Source of the DNA: Dehalococcoidia bacterium
GTDB lineage: Bacteria; Chloroflexota; Dehalococcoidia; Lucifugimonadales; CAZENU01
Direction of reading: 5' to 3'
Length of the DNA stretch: 64,000 bases
Assembly (NCBI GenBank): GCA_965222125.1
Contig: CBDCTC010000004.1
Coordinates: forward strand, 130,299 to 194,298
Numbering within the stretch: position 1 is the first letter of the stretch; the number at the start of each line of letters is the position of its first letter. The position numbers and the translations under genes were made by a program. The notes beneath the pieces are model-generated. The model was not told the origin of the DNA. It saw only the letters and a program-made list of their open reading frames with translations, and did not search any database. Of this stretch, positions 62,598 to 64,000 are shown piece after piece.

Positions 62598-63224
62598 ATG
62601 AGCGCCCCCAGGATCGCCGTCGTCGACTACCAGGCCGGCAACCTGAGGAGCGTCGTGAAGGCCCTCCAGCGATTCGGCGCCGATACGGTGGTGACAAGTG
62701 ACAGCGACGAGGTTGCCGGCGCCGACGCGCTCGTCTTCCCCGGGCAGGGCGCCAACGACTCGTCGATGCGCCATCTGAAATCGAGTGGGCTGGTGGAGCC
62801 GATCAAGGAGTTCGTTCGCAGCAACAGGCCGTTTCTCGGTGTCTGCCTCGGCCTGCAGCTCCTGTTCGAAGGCTCGGACGAGGGAGTCGAGCCCGGCCTA
62901 GGCCTGCTCGCGGGTTGGGTCAGGCGTCTCCCCGGCGACGTCAAGGTGCCGCACATGGGTTGGAACCGGGTCCACCTGCAGGCCGACCATCCTGTGTTCG
63001 ACGGCGTTGCCAGCGGCAGCTACTTCTATTTCGTTCACAGCTACTACCCCGACCCGGCGGACGAAACGCTCGCGACCGGCACGACCAGCTACGGGGTGCG
63101 GTTCTGCAGCGCGGTCTCATGGGCCAACGCGGCGGCCGTCCAGTTCCACCCCGAGAAGAGCGGCGTGACCGGACTGCGTATCTACGAGAACTTTGTCAAG
63201 CTGGCCGGCGGCGCGGCGGGATAG
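62598..63224 (+). CDS. hisH: Imidazole glycerol phosphate synthase, glutaminase subunit HisH
   Basis: 208 aa. Motifs: ...IAVVDYQAGNLRSV..., ...FLGVCLGLQLL..., ...QFHPEKS. Confidence 0.9.
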   Translation: MSAPRIAVVDYQAGNLRSVVKALQRFGADTVVTSDSDEVAGADALVFPGQGANDSSMRHLKSSGLVEPIKEFVRSNRPFLGVCLGLQLLFEGSDEGVEPGLGLLAGWVRRLPGDVKVPHMGWNRVHLQADHPVFDGVASGSYFYFVHSYYPDPADETLATGTTSYGVRFCSAVSWANAAAVQFHPEKSGVTGLRIYENFVKLAGGAAG

Positions 63225-63229
63225 CTCCG

Positions 63230-63946
63230 ATGGAAGTGATCCCGGCGATAGACATTCGCGGCGGCCGATGCGTCCGGCTCTACCAGGGCGACTACGATCG
63301 CGAGACGGTCTTCTCCGACAACCCGGTCGACATGGCCGTCCGCTGGGCTGAGATGGGCGCGCGCCGGCTCCACGTCGTTGATCTCGACGCCGCCCGTTCG
63401 GGCAAGCCCGAGAATCTGCCGGTGGTCAGCAGGATAGCCTCCGCTGTCACCACGCCCGTTCAGACCGGAGGCGGCATACGCGGCCCGGAGGCGGCGAGGG
63501 CCGCAGTCGATGCCGGGGTCGACCGCGTCATCATCGGTACGGCCGCCGTGGAGGACCCCGAAATGCTGCGGTCGGTGTGCGCCGAGGTCGGTTCGGAGCG
63601 CGTCGTCGTCAGCCTGGACGCGCGGGACGGCTACGCCGCCACCCGCGGCTGGACAGAGACCAGCGGCCGCCCCGTGGCCGACGTGGCGGCCGACGTTCGG
63701 GCGACGGGGGTGCACCGCATCGTCTATACTGACATCTCCAGGGACGGCACACAGACAGAGCCCAACTTCGCCGCGGTCGCGGCGCTGGCCGCCTCGGTCG
63801 GCCTCGGTCTGCTGGTCGCCGGCGGAATCGCCTCGATCGAGCACTTGGTCGAGTTATCTCGGATCGGCGTCGAAGGGGCGATAGTCGGGACAGCCGCCTA
63901 CACCGGCCGCATCGATATGGCGAGGGCGTTTCGGACCGTGGGCTAG
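63230..63946 (+). CDS. hisA: ProFAR isomerase HisA
   Basis: Track ORF 62915..63946 trimmed to ATG 63230. Motifs: [22 protein letters not shown]..., ...LHVVDLDAA..., ...QTGGGIR.... Confidence 0.9.
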   Translation: MEVIPAIDIRGGRCVRLYQGDYDRETVFSDNPVDMAVRWAEMGARRLHVVDLDAARSGKPENLPVVSRIASAVTTPVQTGGGIRGPEAARAAVDAGVDRVIIGTAAVEDPEMLRSVCAEVGSERVVVSLDARDGYAATRGWTETSGRPVADVAADVRATGVHRIVYTDISRDGTQTEPNFAAVAALAASVGLGLLVAGGIASIEHLVELSRIGVEGAIVGTAAYTGRIDMARAFRTVG

Positions 63947-64000
63947 GGCGCGAGACCGGGTGCCTGAGCCTGAAACCAAACGCTAGAGGTAGGAGCGCAA

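Overview
This is a visibly GC-rich bacterial chromosomal window with about 60 protein genes. I found no rRNA, tRNA or CRISPR array by eye. The gene content includes many amidohydrolase, enolase-superfamily and TIM-barrel catabolic enzymes, an archaeal-type PEP carboxylase, a tungsten-type AOR and DUF1501/DUF1800 pairs. That mix suggests a Chloroflexota (SAR202-like) organism, but this is inference only. Layout: (1) 0.4-10.9 kb holds sugar-acid-type catabolic genes bracketed by dense clusters of a palindromic REP-like repeat. (2) 10.9-18.4 kb holds two paralogous DUF1800/DUF1501/NHL-propeller gene triplets that lack signal peptides. This is the best candidate here for an undescribed system. (3) 18.7-30.7 kb mixes housekeeping genes (ndk, tsaB, tsaE, rsfS) with unknowns, a Pro/Thr-linker zincin, an IS fragment and a MITE with perfect TIRs and an 8-bp TSD. 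(4) 30.8-45.3 kb is one co-directional formate/C1 plus Mo/W-cofactor cluster (fdsG-fdsB-fdsA, aor, moaD-like, mobA, two moeA, aldolase-like, fhs). It is interrupted by a TA islet with no intact toxin. (5) 45.5-52.1 kb holds hicBA, thrC, an MFS gene, ppcA flanked by two diverged ~180-bp repeats, and aroC. (6) 52.1-56.3 kb is a decay zone: an IS5-family element, a frameshifted TPP enzyme, a second MITE, and a DUF1330 gene broken by a 13-bp tandem duplication. (7) 56.3-64 kb holds a large unknown protein, an HpcH aldolase, a divergent hspR-cbpA / hsp20 heat-shock locus, a PduO-type adenosyltransferase and hisH-hisA. Many long ORFs in the track are antisense shadow ORFs typical of high-GC DNA and were not called. 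All family assignments come from reading motifs in the translations. No database search was run.
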